Below are positions 38,042 through 47,622 of a stretch of DNA of 64,000 bases, in pieces. The stretch is from a virus, in the IMG/VR virus record IMGVR_UViG_3300020048_000017, positions 96,001-160,000 of that record; one strand, 5' to 3'. The notes beneath the pieces are model-generated. The model was not told the origin of the DNA. It did no database searches and worked only from the letters and a program-made list of their open reading frames with translations. The translations under genes and the position numbers were made by a program. The stretch's first letter is position 1. Every line of letters begins with the position of its first letter.

Positions 38042-39175
38042 TTAGACAATAACACCAACAAGGGCTTTATTATCAAGAACAACACGTCCTTCTTCGAGTC
38101 TGGTATACCAGCCGACTTGTTCCTGTCTTGCAAGGAATTGGTCATCGACCTGAGTAATAACAGTTCCGTATTCGGAAGGAGAAGCCACGTCGAAGTCTCC
38201 AGTTGGTTCCGAAGCGACAACTCTGATGAAGGCATCTTGACTAAGGTCAACACCGATCACAATTTGTTGTGAGGCACCGTTAAAGGCTGGTTGAGAGCCA
38301 GAAGCAGTGTAGTAAGTGTCAAACACAGAGTTATAAGATCTTGCAACACCAAGCTCTTGAAGCATGTGAAGTCCGACACCGAAGATCGAAGGGACTCCAG
38401 CTTGGCTGAAGAATTGCTTACGCACATCGTCAGGAAGTCCAAGGGCAGTCGATTCATCAGAGTTAGGAACCCCAATAGTGTTCATTGGTTGGTAAGCGAA
38501 CGCACGGATATCTTCAAGGATCTCAGGGGAGATAAGAAGATCTGTAAGACCTTTTCTGCCTCTAAGCGAAACCGGAGTTCCGCCAGTCCAAGACGTATGA
38601 AGGCGAGTAACTTTCGTGAAGAGCTTATTAAGGTCATGAAGTTGGAATCTACCAGCAGTCGTCGCTGCGATAAGGTGGTTTAGACCATCAGCAGTTTCAG
38701 ATTCAGCAAGAGCTGCAAGGATTGGAGCCCAAGCATTGTCTTCCATGTCAAGAAGAATTTCTTGAGCCATTCTTTCCATTGCCTTTGCGACAACGTCGAG
38801 ACGACCATCTTTCATGTATCTCTTAAGGAAGGACACAGCAGAGTCGAGACGATAAGTCTGGAATCTGTATTCGTCTGCCCCGTGGATAACGCTAGTAGGA
38901 AGACCCCCAGCGATAGATTGAGACCAAACACGAATGTAGTTTTCTTCAGTGTTTTCGAACATATCCAAAGGAATACTCGGAACAGTGTCAAAAGCGTATT
39001 CGCGAGTGTCATAAATCAACTCGGAAGTTGCGGCTTGTTGAAGAACTTGTTCGACAATACCACCGACTAGAGCCGCAAGGATTTCTTGAGCAGCTAAAGA
39101 CTCGGCTTTTTTGCGAGAGCCAACTTTGGCCAAAAGCTCTAAATTCTCAGGGTTTTTTTCTAGTTTTACTTTCAT
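38042..39175 (-). CDS. major capsid protein (HK97 fold inferred)
   Basis: 377 aa, follows protease and decoration genes; strongly biased codons; LDVVAKAMERMAQEILLDMED helix; TDLLISPE; terminator downstream. Confidence 0.8.
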   Translation of the reverse strand: MKVKLEKNPENLELLAKVGSRKKAESLAAQEILAALVGGIVEQVLQQAATSELIYDTREYAFDTVPSIPLDMFENTEENYIRVWSQSIAGGLPTSVIHGADEYRFQTYRLDSAVSFLKRYMKDGRLDVVAKAMERMAQEILLDMEDNAWAPILAALAESETADGLNHLIAATTAGRFQLHDLNKLFTKVTRLHTSWTGGTPVSLRGRKGLTDLLISPEILEDIRAFAYQPMNTIGVPNSDESTALGLPDDVRKQFFSQAGVPSIFGVGLHMLQELGVARSYNSVFDTYYTASGSQPAFNGASQQIVIGVDLSQDAFIRVVASEPTGDFDVASPSEYGTVITQVDDQFLARQEQVGWYTRLEEGRVVLDNKALVGVIV

Positions 39176-39194
39176 AAAATGTTACTTAATAGGA

Positions 39195-39761
39195 TTAAAG
39201 TTCAAGTTGGAACAGCGCGTAGCCATCAGCCCCACTTTGGGAAAGGAATGTTCCTACGACCTTGTCAAAAGAGACAGACGCTTTATTAACAACAAGAAGT
39301 TGTCCTTCAACAGTTGGGTGCATAACTGCACCAGAACCTGCGTCTGGAGTTCCACTAAATCCGTTAATTTCGAAGATACCTCTTGTAACAAGGGGAACGG
39401 TTTCTCCAGAAACAACGATTTGTTGTTCAGAACGGTCAAAACGAGGGCGGTAAATGTATTTTTCACCGAACTTGTTAACTTCACGAACATCGTAAAGAAG
39501 CATACCAAAAGGCCTGTCACCACTAGCAGCAGTTTCAACCTTGTTTGGGTTAACAGCCCTCATAGATGTAGCTCTACTAGGAACTCCCTCAAGGTCTTGA
39601 AGGAATTGCATAGGGGTTGCGTCAGGATTGACGCCACCTTTCAGCTTAACGAAAGTCCCTTTGTTAACAGAAGCATCTTCGTGAGCGAAGAAGTTGATAA
39701 CGTCGTGAGGAGCCACATTACGGAAAGGTTTGAGATTTGGTTTTTCAGATGTATTATACAT
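39195..39761 (-). CDS. putative capsid decoration / cement protein
   Basis: 188 aa between protease and MCP; VVSGETVPLVTRGIFEI. Confidence 0.6.
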   Translation of the reverse strand: MYNTSEKPNLKPFRNVAPHDVINFFAHEDASVNKGTFVKLKGGVNPDATPMQFLQDLEGVPSRATSMRAVNPNKVETAASGDRPFGMLLYDVREVNKFGEKYIYRPRFDRSEQQIVVSGETVPLVTRGIFEINGFSGTPDAGSGAVMHPTVEGQLLVVNKASVSFDKVVGTFLSQSGADGYALFQLEL

Positions 39762-39784
39762 GAGTTAATTCCTTGTTTAATTGA

Positions 39785-39790
39785 TTACAC
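39785..39790 (-). promoter_or_regulatory. GTGTAA motif overlapping the protease Val-stop
   Basis: 23 nt before the ATG at 39761. Confidence 0.5.
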
Positions 39791-41287
39791 GGAAACTGTT
39801 CTTTTTGCGAAAGAATTTTTATATTTCGCAAAATCATTTTCTGAACTTTCTTGTTCTTGAGAGTTCGGAACGTCTTCTTGAGAAGATGCTTTGGCGAGGG
39901 CTTTAGAAGTGTTAGGAACTTCTTTTTCAGAAGCTTTAGCAGCAACTAGTTTTCCGAAGTCACCAAGCCAAGCTTGAAAGTCTTCGTCAGATAGATCGCG
40001 AATTTGCTTAGCGACAATCTGCCTTTGTTCATCACTGATTTCAAACTTCTCGTCGAGAGTTTCCATTCTTTCGTTGAAAGAAGCTTGCTTCTCCATCGAT
40101 TCTTTAGCAGCAGATACTTCCTGAAGAGTTTTTTCAATTTCAGTTACTTTACTTTCCAGTTCAGTAACTTTTTTGGTCTTTTCTTCAAGATCAGCTTCCT
40201 TAGCTTTAATTTCTTGTTCCTTAGAAGAGATCTCAAGGGCCTTCGCGTCTTCAAACGCTTTAAGCTCACCAGATTTAACAGTAAGCTGTTCCTTGATAAA
40301 ATCACGGACTTCGCTCGCAGTTACCTCTTTAAGAGCATCTTCTGTGATATCAGTAATGTCTTTAATTTTCATACGTCTTTTTGTAGTTACAGTGATATTT
40401 TCTTTTTGTGAAATCTCTTTAATAATTTCTTCTTTAAGTTGAGCTTTTATTTCTTCTCTTTCGTCAGAAGATATATAAACTACATTATTCTCAGTAAGAT
40501 CTTGTTCTTCAGAGCTATAGCTTCTGGTCTTTTTACTAGAGTCGGATAGATCTTCAACTTCCAAACCTTTAACATCTGCTGCTGGGGTAAATGTAAAACC
40601 AACACCAGCAGGTAGTAGACTCCCAGTTACAATTTGATAGACAGGAGTCCCGTCTTTCATAAACCCAGATCCTTGTTCATCTTTAAGATAAGCAGAAAGT
40701 TCTTTAACTTGTTTGTCATCCCTAATGATTTCCGCATCTGCGAGCCTTTTAGAACCTAAGGCTATGACGTATTCGTCAAACAGAATTTCCCAAGAAGCGC
40801 TAATAGAATTATACCAATAATCACCCTTGTTAGATGATCTCTTTATAAGATCTGCGTAATAAGCATCAGCTCTTTTATAGACAACTCCTCCGAGAGCCAT
40901 ATTAAACGGCATTAGATCCCTTGAATATTTTGGGGTAATTTTGGAAATAATTTTATTCTCACCAAATGTTGAAAACCCTGCATTAGTAGCATGACCAATA
41001 ATATAGGAAGATTGATGCTCAATATTAAAAGGCTTGTGAAGGAAGTTGCCCATACAAGCATCTGCATCACTGCCTAGAATCCCATGTCCGTTAGAATTAA
41101 CTAGATTTGCAACAGCTACGTTAAAAGAAACTTTGAGAAGGTCGTCATTACCCTGCTTAATGTCAGGGAACAAGGTTTTTAAAGATTCAAGAGACGAAGC
41201 TTTGATTAGCTTATCTTCTTCTTCTTCATTTAGTGGCTCAAAATTTACGGAAGCTGTCAGCTTAAGAGGTCTTTGCTCGATCTTCAT
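39785..41287 (-). CDS. prohead protease fused to coiled-coil scaffold
   Basis: VNSNGHGI, KPFNIEH, SASWE protease-like motifs; C-terminal Glu/Lys coiled coil. Confidence 0.8.
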   Translation of the reverse strand: MKIEQRPLKLTASVNFEPLNEEEEDKLIKASSLESLKTLFPDIKQGNDDLLKVSFNVAVANLVNSNGHGILGSDADACMGNFLHKPFNIEHQSSYIIGHATNAGFSTFGENKIISKITPKYSRDLMPFNMALGGVVYKRADAYYADLIKRSSNKGDYWYNSISASWEILFDEYVIALGSKRLADAEIIRDDKQVKELSAYLKDEQGSGFMKDGTPVYQIVTGSLLPAGVGFTFTPAADVKGLEVEDLSDSSKKTRSYSSEEQDLTENNVVYISSDEREEIKAQLKEEIIKEISQKENITVTTKRRMKIKDITDITEDALKEVTASEVRDFIKEQLTVKSGELKAFEDAKALEISSKEQEIKAKEADLEEKTKKVTELESKVTEIEKTLQEVSAAKESMEKQASFNERMETLDEKFEISDEQRQIVAKQIRDLSDEDFQAWLGDFGKLVAAKASEKEVPNTSKALAKASSQEDVPNSQEQESSENDFAKYKNSFAKRTVSV

Positions 41288-41298
41288 ATTTAATAGTT

Positions 41299-41304
41299 AT
41301 ACAC
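41299..41304 (-). promoter_or_regulatory. GTGTAT motif (candidate late promoter)
   Basis: 11 nt before the protease ATG. Confidence 0.55.
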
Positions 41305-42224
41305 TAAATTAAGTAAGCAAAGAGAACATTTTCTATTTTTTCTTTCCATTTTTTATCGTCGTATTTAATTTCGAGAATGGTTAGTCCATTATTTTTACAA
41401 TAATCTCTCTTTATTTGGTCTCGTTTTTGAATACCTTTGAAGTTTTTGAGACCGCCCCACTTTTTGACGGGTTTGTAGTGTTGGGCTCCCTGAAACTCTA
41501 TTAAAAAGGGGCCTAAGTAAAAATCGAATTTTAAAGGTTTTTGATCCCTACAATTTGCGAACCAGTGTTGTTCTACAAAGGGTGCATCGACACTTTTTAA
41601 AAAATTTCGAACTTTATTTTCACCAAATGAAGAACTACATTGTGGGCAACCACAACGACCAGTCAGGTGACTATCTGGGGTTATTTTGAAATCTCCATGT
41701 TTTTCGCAAGTTATGATGACCTTTTTTCTTGCGGTTTTGTAATCAACCTTTTCATAAGAATATAAATCTCCATGCAAAATTTTACATTTAGCAAGGAAGT
41801 CTTGTTGAGACCTCCTCTGGGAATCATGAACAACTTTCATGCTACACTTTCGACATCCGTAACCGTTTAAAAAATGAGACTTGGGGATTTGCCAAAAGGA
41901 CCCATGAATGGGGCAAATTATCTCAATCTTTGTTTTGGCGTTTATATAATTACTTTTACTGTAATCGAATCGGTCCCCATGTTTTTCTTTAGATTTTTCC
42001 ACAAAGGTTTCTTTTGAATAAAGAGTCCACCTTGGGGAGCATGAAGGGCAACCTTGCCCGCCTAGATGTTTTTGGGCAGTTTGTCTAAACTCTCCATGAA
42101 CCGGACAAATTATGGACACCTTTCCCGAAGCCGTTCTATAACTAGAATCTACATAGGAAAACTTCCCTCCGTGAACTTTGTTAGATCGTTTTAAAAAATC
42201 TTCAAAAGGTAACGGTAATGTCAT
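41304..42224 (-). mobile_element. free-standing homing-endonuclease-like gene (Zn-binding DUF723-like repeats + Vsr/DUF559-like nuclease)
   Basis: Three repeats of F..KS...HG..Y.Y....Y.....K..I.CP.HG.F.....HL.G.GC..C; C-terminal LKFDFYL...IEFQGAQHY; start 42224 overlaps the lysin TGA. Confidence 0.75.
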
Positions 42225-43006
42225 ATAACAATTGTGCCGTTTGCCAAGACCGGCTGAGTTAGATCCCAATTGTTTTTTTTCATAGCATCTATCAAACAGT
42301 CCATTCTGTAAACAGTAGAACGAAGCACCTTCGTATTATGACTTGCTAACCAAGCTTTACGGACCCTTACGTATTCGGAAACCCACTTCTTTTCGTCACC
42401 GCCCCTTAGTGGAGTCATTTCTTTAAATCTAGATCTTAGAAAAGCAAGAATGCTACCCGAATGGAGGTGGCTATCCACTGAGCAAAGCATAGAAAGAGGG
42501 TGAGTAAACTTGTTGTCGTTGAAAAATTTCAGGGCAGGAATCCAATACTTATCCTCAAAAACTTTGTCCTGAACTTTTTTCATGACGGAATCGCCGCAAG
42601 CTCTTTTTAGTAGGTCTGTGAAAGCCTTATTCCCATATAGCGAAGGAGTTTTACCCACCCTGCCAACGTATTGTTGAAAGTCTTTGGAGAAAGACCCTCT
42701 AGCATTAGCGTAAGCTTCCACAACTTTAACAAGGTTTCCGAACTCTGTAAAACCTCTACCGAGAGTAATTTGTTTAATTCCATTTGGACCATCGTAATAG
42801 AAAAACAACGAATCGTAATTAGTAACGATAGATCCCGTCTCAAAAATATTAATAACTTTTAAGATCTTTTCTTTTTGGAGGGCGTCTTGAAGAAGGGTTT
42901 CTGGAAAAATAATTGGAGAGTCCATAATATGGGTCTCTTCTATAAAGATTTTAGGTTCCTCTTTTTTAAAGAAGTTAAAGATTTTGGAAAAGTCAATCAT
43001 CGCCAC
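42221..43006 (-). CDS. endolysin, GH46 chitosanase / lysozyme-like fold
   Basis: INIFETG...YYDGPNGIKQITLGRGFTE, Q..VFEDKYWIPA, DSHLHSG; lies in the lysis cassette. Confidence 0.75.
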   Translation of the reverse strand: MAMIDFSKIFNFFKKEEPKIFIEETHIMDSPIIFPETLLQDALQKEKILKVINIFETGSIVTNYDSLFFYYDGPNGIKQITLGRGFTEFGNLVKVVEAYANARGSFSKDFQQYVGRVGKTPSLYGNKAFTDLLKRACGDSVMKKVQDKVFEDKYWIPALKFFNDNKFTHPLSMLCSVDSHLHSGSILAFLRSRFKEMTPLRGGDEKKWVSEYVRVRKAWLASHNTKVLRSTVYRMDCLIDAMKKNNWDLTQPVLANGTIVI

Positions 43007-43338
43007 CCCTCCTTGTTTCTTTGATTTAACGTTGCGAATTTAACCATATACTGTTGAGGTAGATAATAATTAGGAGGATCAATGATTAGGCCTTCCCCTT
43101 TTTCCAACACGGGAACTAAAGAGTAACCATACTTATTGCTGAGAGACACATATCTCTTGGCGGCGCTTTCAGAAATATGCCAGCCTTTAGGAGTGAAGTC
43201 GTAAACTCCGGCATTTTGTTCGTTTCCATCGAAACTAACTTCTGTATTCGTAATACGATCTGGAACAACTTGCAAAGTGCTACAGGAGAACAGAGAACTA
43301 CTCAGAAATAAGATCGCGCATTTTGTCAATACCTTCAT
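42997..43338 (-). CDS. lipoprotein, putative o-spanin
   Basis: Signal peptide with lipobox LFSC; overlaps the i-spanin-like gene. Confidence 0.65.
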   Translation of the reverse strand: MKVLTKCAILFLSSSLFSCSTLQVVPDRITNTEVSFDGNEQNAGVYDFTPKGWHISESAAKRYVSLSNKYGYSLVPVLEKGEGLIIDPPNYYLPQQYMVKFATLNQRNKEGWR

Positions 43339-43510
43339 TTTTCGTTTCTGGGTTAGCAGCCATTCTAGCAGCAGCTTCGGCTTCGTCTTGAATATCGGAT
43401 TCTCTTTTAGATGTCTCTCTCAAAACGTTTTCTTTGGAATAGCGTTTAGTAATCAGCTTCTCAAAGACACCGAAGAATTGAAGGACGACAGTTAATATTC
43501 CAGACCACAT
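43298..43510 (-). CDS. putative i-spanin
   Basis: N-terminal hydrophobic helix then charged coiled coil. Confidence 0.55.
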   Translation of the reverse strand: MWSGILTVVLQFFGVFEKLITKRYSKENVLRETSKRESDIQDEAEAAARMAANPETKNEGIDKMRDLISE

Positions 43511-43797
43511 TACATTCCAACACGTTTCTTAGCTTCTAAAGTAGCAGCCTCTTGACCACCAGTAACCCTCTTATCCTTGGCTAAAACAGCAAAAGAACCA
43601 CCTGCTATAACCATTGAGATCTTTGCAAACAGTTCAAGGTAGAGTTCCAAAGTATCAGGGAGAAAATCGATAGCCTCTGGAGTAGTTAAAATAAAACCAG
43701 CGAGCACGGCGATAATACCAGAAGTGGTAGTCCTCCAGTTAACGCCGACGAATTTGACCATAAAGTCATGGAACAGAATATATAATTTTTCTAGCAT
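43510..43797 (-). CDS. putative holin
   Basis: NWRTTTSGIIAVLAGFIL and ISMVIAGGSFAVLAKD transmembrane segments, charged C-tail. Confidence 0.7.
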   Translation of the reverse strand: MLEKLYILFHDFMVKFVGVNWRTTTSGIIAVLAGFILTTPEAIDFLPDTLELYLELFAKISMVIAGGSFAVLAKDKRVTGGQEAATLEAKKRVGM

Positions 43798-43819
43798 GGA
43801 AAATCTCCTATATTAAGGA

Positions 43820-43825
43820 TTACAC
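43820..43825 (-). promoter_or_regulatory. GTGTAA motif overlapping the portal Val-stop
   Basis: 22 nt before the holin ATG. Confidence 0.5.
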
Positions 43826-45730
43826 CTTATTAGACTGACCATGAAATAAAATAGCTGCCTGAAATATGGGAATGTTATGTTCTCCAGAAATCTCTAGGAT
43901 CTCATCAGAAACATTTATATTCTTCTTGGCTGAGATGTAGTTTTTAGCGCTCTTTTCCCAATTCTTTATTTTTTCCGAAACAACGATTGACTCTACGAAT
44001 TGAAAAGCCTGATCTTTCTTAGATTGGCTTAAACGCTTAACTCCGAAGTATTCTTTGAACTCAGCCTCGACTACAGGGATAAGTTCGTTGATCTTATCGT
44101 AAACGGACTTCAGGTCAGAGAAGTTGTAAGAAGCGCTAGATTTCTTTTTGCTATCTTTTATAGAAACGTTGGAACTAGGCTTATTAGTTTTATTGGGAGC
44201 TTTTGGAGCTTTGGTTCCCGAAGGTCTACCTGCTACACCAGCGGCAGGTTCTTTAGATCCTCCAATCAAAGGCTCATACAAACCTTTATCTCTAAGTTTT
44301 TTAAAATTCCGTTGAGAAGTTTCGGACTTTTCTGGCTCAGGCAGTAATCCTGATTCAGAGATTTTAAAGAATTCTTCGGCAGTAAGGAATCCGATTTCAG
44401 CAAGTCTGGTATAGACTCTAAGAAGTTGAGATTTGTCTTCTAGATCGATTTTTTCGAACACAGGAGTGGGGACTTTTTCAAATCCTAGTGTTTCCGCAAT
44501 TCTTTCCATTTCAGGAATTAGGAATTTATCTTTGAAGATTCTGCGGGCTTCATTAAGCCTTTCTAGGAAAACTTTAATTTTAATAATAGTGTTGGAAAAC
44601 TTTTGATCAGTGTCGAAGAAGATGTTCATCATCCCTTGCGCAATATCCTGATTGACCGCAGCATACTTTTCTTTACCTAGAATCTTGTTTAAATCAGGAA
44701 CGATAAAGTCACCTTTGGTAGTATAATCCGCGATAATAACGCGACCGACGCTCTCACTCGCGAATAATTCTTGCATAGCAGCTAGGGAGTTCTTATCGGT
44801 CCCACCATCCTCTTTTTTAGCACCCATCGTCATCAGAAGAATAATATAGTCAGTAGTCTTTGAGATGGCAAGATCGGCTTTTTTAAACTCTAATTTCAAA
44901 TTAATGTCAGCCAATACAGGGTAGAAAAAAGGCACAGTAAGAGCCTCGTAGTCTTGCTTCTTCGCAAAAACGGGCACCAATTTATCTTCAGGAATTTGGA
45001 CAGAGATATCTCCCCCTCCCTTTTTAATCATTTCCTGATCCCTTGGGGAAAAGCTTTTTAAAAGTTGCCTATCCTGAGCGGTCTTAGGATTCTTAAGGCG
45101 AGCAATTTCGTAGTTATTCAAAATTTTTGAATAAGAAGGATTCAGAAACGAAGAAGCTCCGTTACATTTCATGGAACACGGATCTAGAAGAGCGTATCTT
45201 ACAGGGATCTCTTTACCTAATAAATAACTAGCCCCAGAATCCAACACATCTTCTGTGCCAAACCTGTGAGTCATTCTATAGAAAAAGACGTTAGTAGACC
45301 TATTGTGCTCCCTGAAGAACTGATCGGCAATATCGTATTTGTTGATCTTCTTATACCAACTCGTAAAAAACTCGACAGCCTTCTCATCAGCCCCTTGAAA
45401 ATGAATAGGAGAGTTCGAAAACTCTGTCATTATCTCAATAGTGTTTTTAAAAATAGGAACATTATGATAAGCTTTTTGACACAGCTCAATACAGTCCTTT
45501 GCAGAAACTCCTGATTCGGAAACCTTTAAAGGATTTTTTAAAGACCTAATATTAGAAAGGGAATTAAACCCATGGTCCTTACCCTCCGTTGCTACCATTC
45601 TTTCCCCAGTTCTAGAAGCGACTACGGTTTTTCTTTTTTCCCCCATGGGGACGGATAGAGGCTCTGCAAAAAGGTTAATCTCATCATGAGGTTCTTCTTT
45701 AGCAACTATTTCTTTCTTAGGTCTACCCAT
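43820..45730 (-). CDS. portal protein
   Basis: 636 aa directly after TerL; AYHNVPIFKNTIEIMTEF, helical stem, basic unstructured tail. Confidence 0.8.
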   Translation of the reverse strand: MGRPKKEIVAKEEPHDEINLFAEPLSVPMGEKRKTVVASRTGERMVATEGKDHGFNSLSNIRSLKNPLKVSESGVSAKDCIELCQKAYHNVPIFKNTIEIMTEFSNSPIHFQGADEKAVEFFTSWYKKINKYDIADQFFREHNRSTNVFFYRMTHRFGTEDVLDSGASYLLGKEIPVRYALLDPCSMKCNGASSFLNPSYSKILNNYEIARLKNPKTAQDRQLLKSFSPRDQEMIKKGGGDISVQIPEDKLVPVFAKKQDYEALTVPFFYPVLADINLKLEFKKADLAISKTTDYIILLMTMGAKKEDGGTDKNSLAAMQELFASESVGRVIIADYTTKGDFIVPDLNKILGKEKYAAVNQDIAQGMMNIFFDTDQKFSNTIIKIKVFLERLNEARRIFKDKFLIPEMERIAETLGFEKVPTPVFEKIDLEDKSQLLRVYTRLAEIGFLTAEEFFKISESGLLPEPEKSETSQRNFKKLRDKGLYEPLIGGSKEPAAGVAGRPSGTKAPKAPNKTNKPSSNVSIKDSKKKSSASYNFSDLKSVYDKINELIPVVEAEFKEYFGVKRLSQSKKDQAFQFVESIVVSEKIKNWEKSAKNYISAKKNINVSDEILEISGEHNIPIFQAAILFHGQSNKV

Positions 45731-45747
45731 AATAAAGATATATACCC

Positions 45748-47622
45748 TTAACCGTAGCTTCTGGGAAGAAAAAATGTGTTATTTTCTTCTGCGGGAGCAT
45801 CGTTCATATCGAAATAACATTTTAAGGCCCAGTTAGCTAATAATAAAACAGAGTAAGAGTCCTTTCTCGCTTTATCTGGAGAGGTAGATTTTCTGAGGTT
45901 ATTAGGTAAATCGAAGGTCTGACCACCTGTAGGATTGGTAGAAACAACGATCATAGAACACTGAGTCTTAGTAAGGTCTACAATATATTCTTGGTTATCG
46001 ATGAACTCCGCTTGTTTTTGAGCCGGATTTTGGGGCATATTGCCTTCTAGGTCATAATCGATATCTTCAATAGGCACATTTTGCTTTAACTGCTTGGAGT
46101 GCTCGTCTTCGATACCATGAACTGAAGAGGCGAACATGATACGCTTTTTCTCGATGCAATTCTGTAAAGATTCATTAGCTGCCCTGATCCATTTGGTTGC
46201 AAATTTCTGAGCGTGGCAAATTTTACCAGAACCTAAGTCATATTCAGCTTTAGAGTTTCTAACACCAGCTTGATAGTCTTCGTTTTCAAAATCATGCTCG
46301 AAGAACTCTAATTTGAAATTCTTAAACTCTGGAAATTCCTGAGCATCTTGAAGAAACTTGGGTCCACCAGCATTATCCACAATTACGTAAACGATATTGA
46401 AATTATCAAAAAGATATTTTAAATACCTTGTCCTCGCACGCAGGTTACTTTTAGCAACGGCATACCCATGAACCAGAACACCTTTTCGAGTATCTTCATA
46501 GATCTCAACTACGGACATTGCAAAGTGGTCAGAAGAGTCAGCATCACTATAGTTGGGATCAATTGCTAAGATATACTTCTTCTCTTTATCTCCGACAATT
46601 TTAGTTGTAGGTCTTATCCCAGTAGGAATAGTAGCTTCTTGCATCTTCCTAGAAGAGAAGAATCCTCCGGAGTCATCGGTAAACTGAGCACCAAGCTCTC
46701 TTTGAAGTTGCTGCTCGGACATCGAGCCTTCAAGTTCTTTTACTAGTTGCGGGTCATAAAGTCCTTCTGGAGCAACCTGATAAGCCAATTGCATAACGCA
46801 GTGAGAAACCCCTGAAAACTTCTCGCCCTTTTTATCTGTAGTGTTGATTATCTTGAATATGTATTCGGAATACATCTCATAGAGGTAATCAAAAGTATAA
46901 CTTGCAGAAGTTAGCCCGATAATCTTTGGAGGGTCTGGCAAAAGCATTCTATACTCTTCTTCAGTAACCAATCCCTCTCTTAGAAGCTTCATTGCTCGCC
47001 CAGTTGCGTGAGGGTCGATACTAACGATAAGGAACGGCTTCAAGACCTCATTAATAACCTTGTCATCTAAAAGCAAAAGCTCATCAATGACCATGACGTT
47101 AAAACGATATCCACGAATTTTATCTCCAGCACCAAGGGGAAGGGCCATAATAACTGACGCCCCAATATTCATTTCCCAAGCGTCAGCGTTGTGTTTAATG
47201 TTCTTTCGGTTGTCTCCAATGCACTGTCTCAAAAACTCACCTTCTTTAGAGTTGGCAAAGTCTTCGATTTTCTTAAACATCATCCGAGCTTGACGGAAAG
47301 TCTTCGAAACAATAGCTATCTTAACACCTTGGTTAAAAATAGCATACAACATACAAAACAAAGAGCCGATGTAAGATTTGCCGAGACCACGGGAGCAGAT
47401 AGCCAAAAAGTTGTTCCTTTGGAACATGGCTTTAATCATCATCTGTTGGAACGGGAATAACTTCACGCCTACAAGCAACCTAACCGCAAAGGTTGGGTTG
47501 TTTCTTAGAAACTCGATAAGTGTAATTTTAGCTTCCCTGTCTTTCAAAGTCCCTTCTAACGTAAGCAGTCTATCGTTTACGTTTTCGGTTCCTTTACGGT
47601 AGTGTAGTCCCTTTTCCCACAT
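45748..47622 (-). CDS. terL: terminase large subunit
   Basis: LFPFQ, Walker A ICSRGLGKS, Walker B VMVIDE, nuclease LAIDP...DHF, KDSYS. Confidence 0.93.
   Translation of the reverse strand: MWEKGLHYRKGTENVNDRLLTLEGTLKDREAKITLIEFLRNNPTFAVRLLVGVKLFPFQQMMIKAMFQRNNFLAICSRGLGKSYIGSLFCMLYAIFNQGVKIAIVSKTFRQARMMFKKIEDFANSKEGEFLRQCIGDNRKNIKHNADAWEMNIGASVIMALPLGAGDKIRGYRFNVMVIDELLLLDDKVINEVLKPFLIVSIDPHATGRAMKLLREGLVTEEEYRMLLPDPPKIIGLTSASYTFDYLYEMYSEYIFKIINTTDKKGEKFSGVSHCVMQLAYQVAPEGLYDPQLVKELEGSMSEQQLQRELGAQFTDDSGGFFSSRKMQEATIPTGIRPTTKIVGDKEKKYILAIDPNYSDADSSDHFAMSVVEIYEDTRKGVLVHGYAVAKSNLRARTRYLKYLFDNFNIVYVIVDNAGGPKFLQDAQEFPEFKNFKLEFFEHDFENEDYQAGVRNSKAEYDLGSGKICHAQKFATKWIRAANESLQNCIEKKRIMFASSVHGIEDEHSKQLKQNVPIEDIDYDLEGNMPQNPAQKQAEFIDNQEYIVDLTKTQCSMIVVSTNPTGGQTFDLPNNLRKSTSPDKARKDSYSVLLLANWALKCYFDMNDAPAEENNTFFLPRSYG

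Noticed and set aside
38291-39860. Long plus-strand ORFs (130, 102 and 249 aa) opposite capsid genes
   Set aside because: Shadow frames expected from the strong codon bias of highly expressed genes; no protein-like motifs.
45748-47622. Inteins or introns in TerL (also checked NrdA, RecA and ligase)
   Set aside because: Lengths are normal, with no Cys...His-Asn splice motifs or frame breaks.
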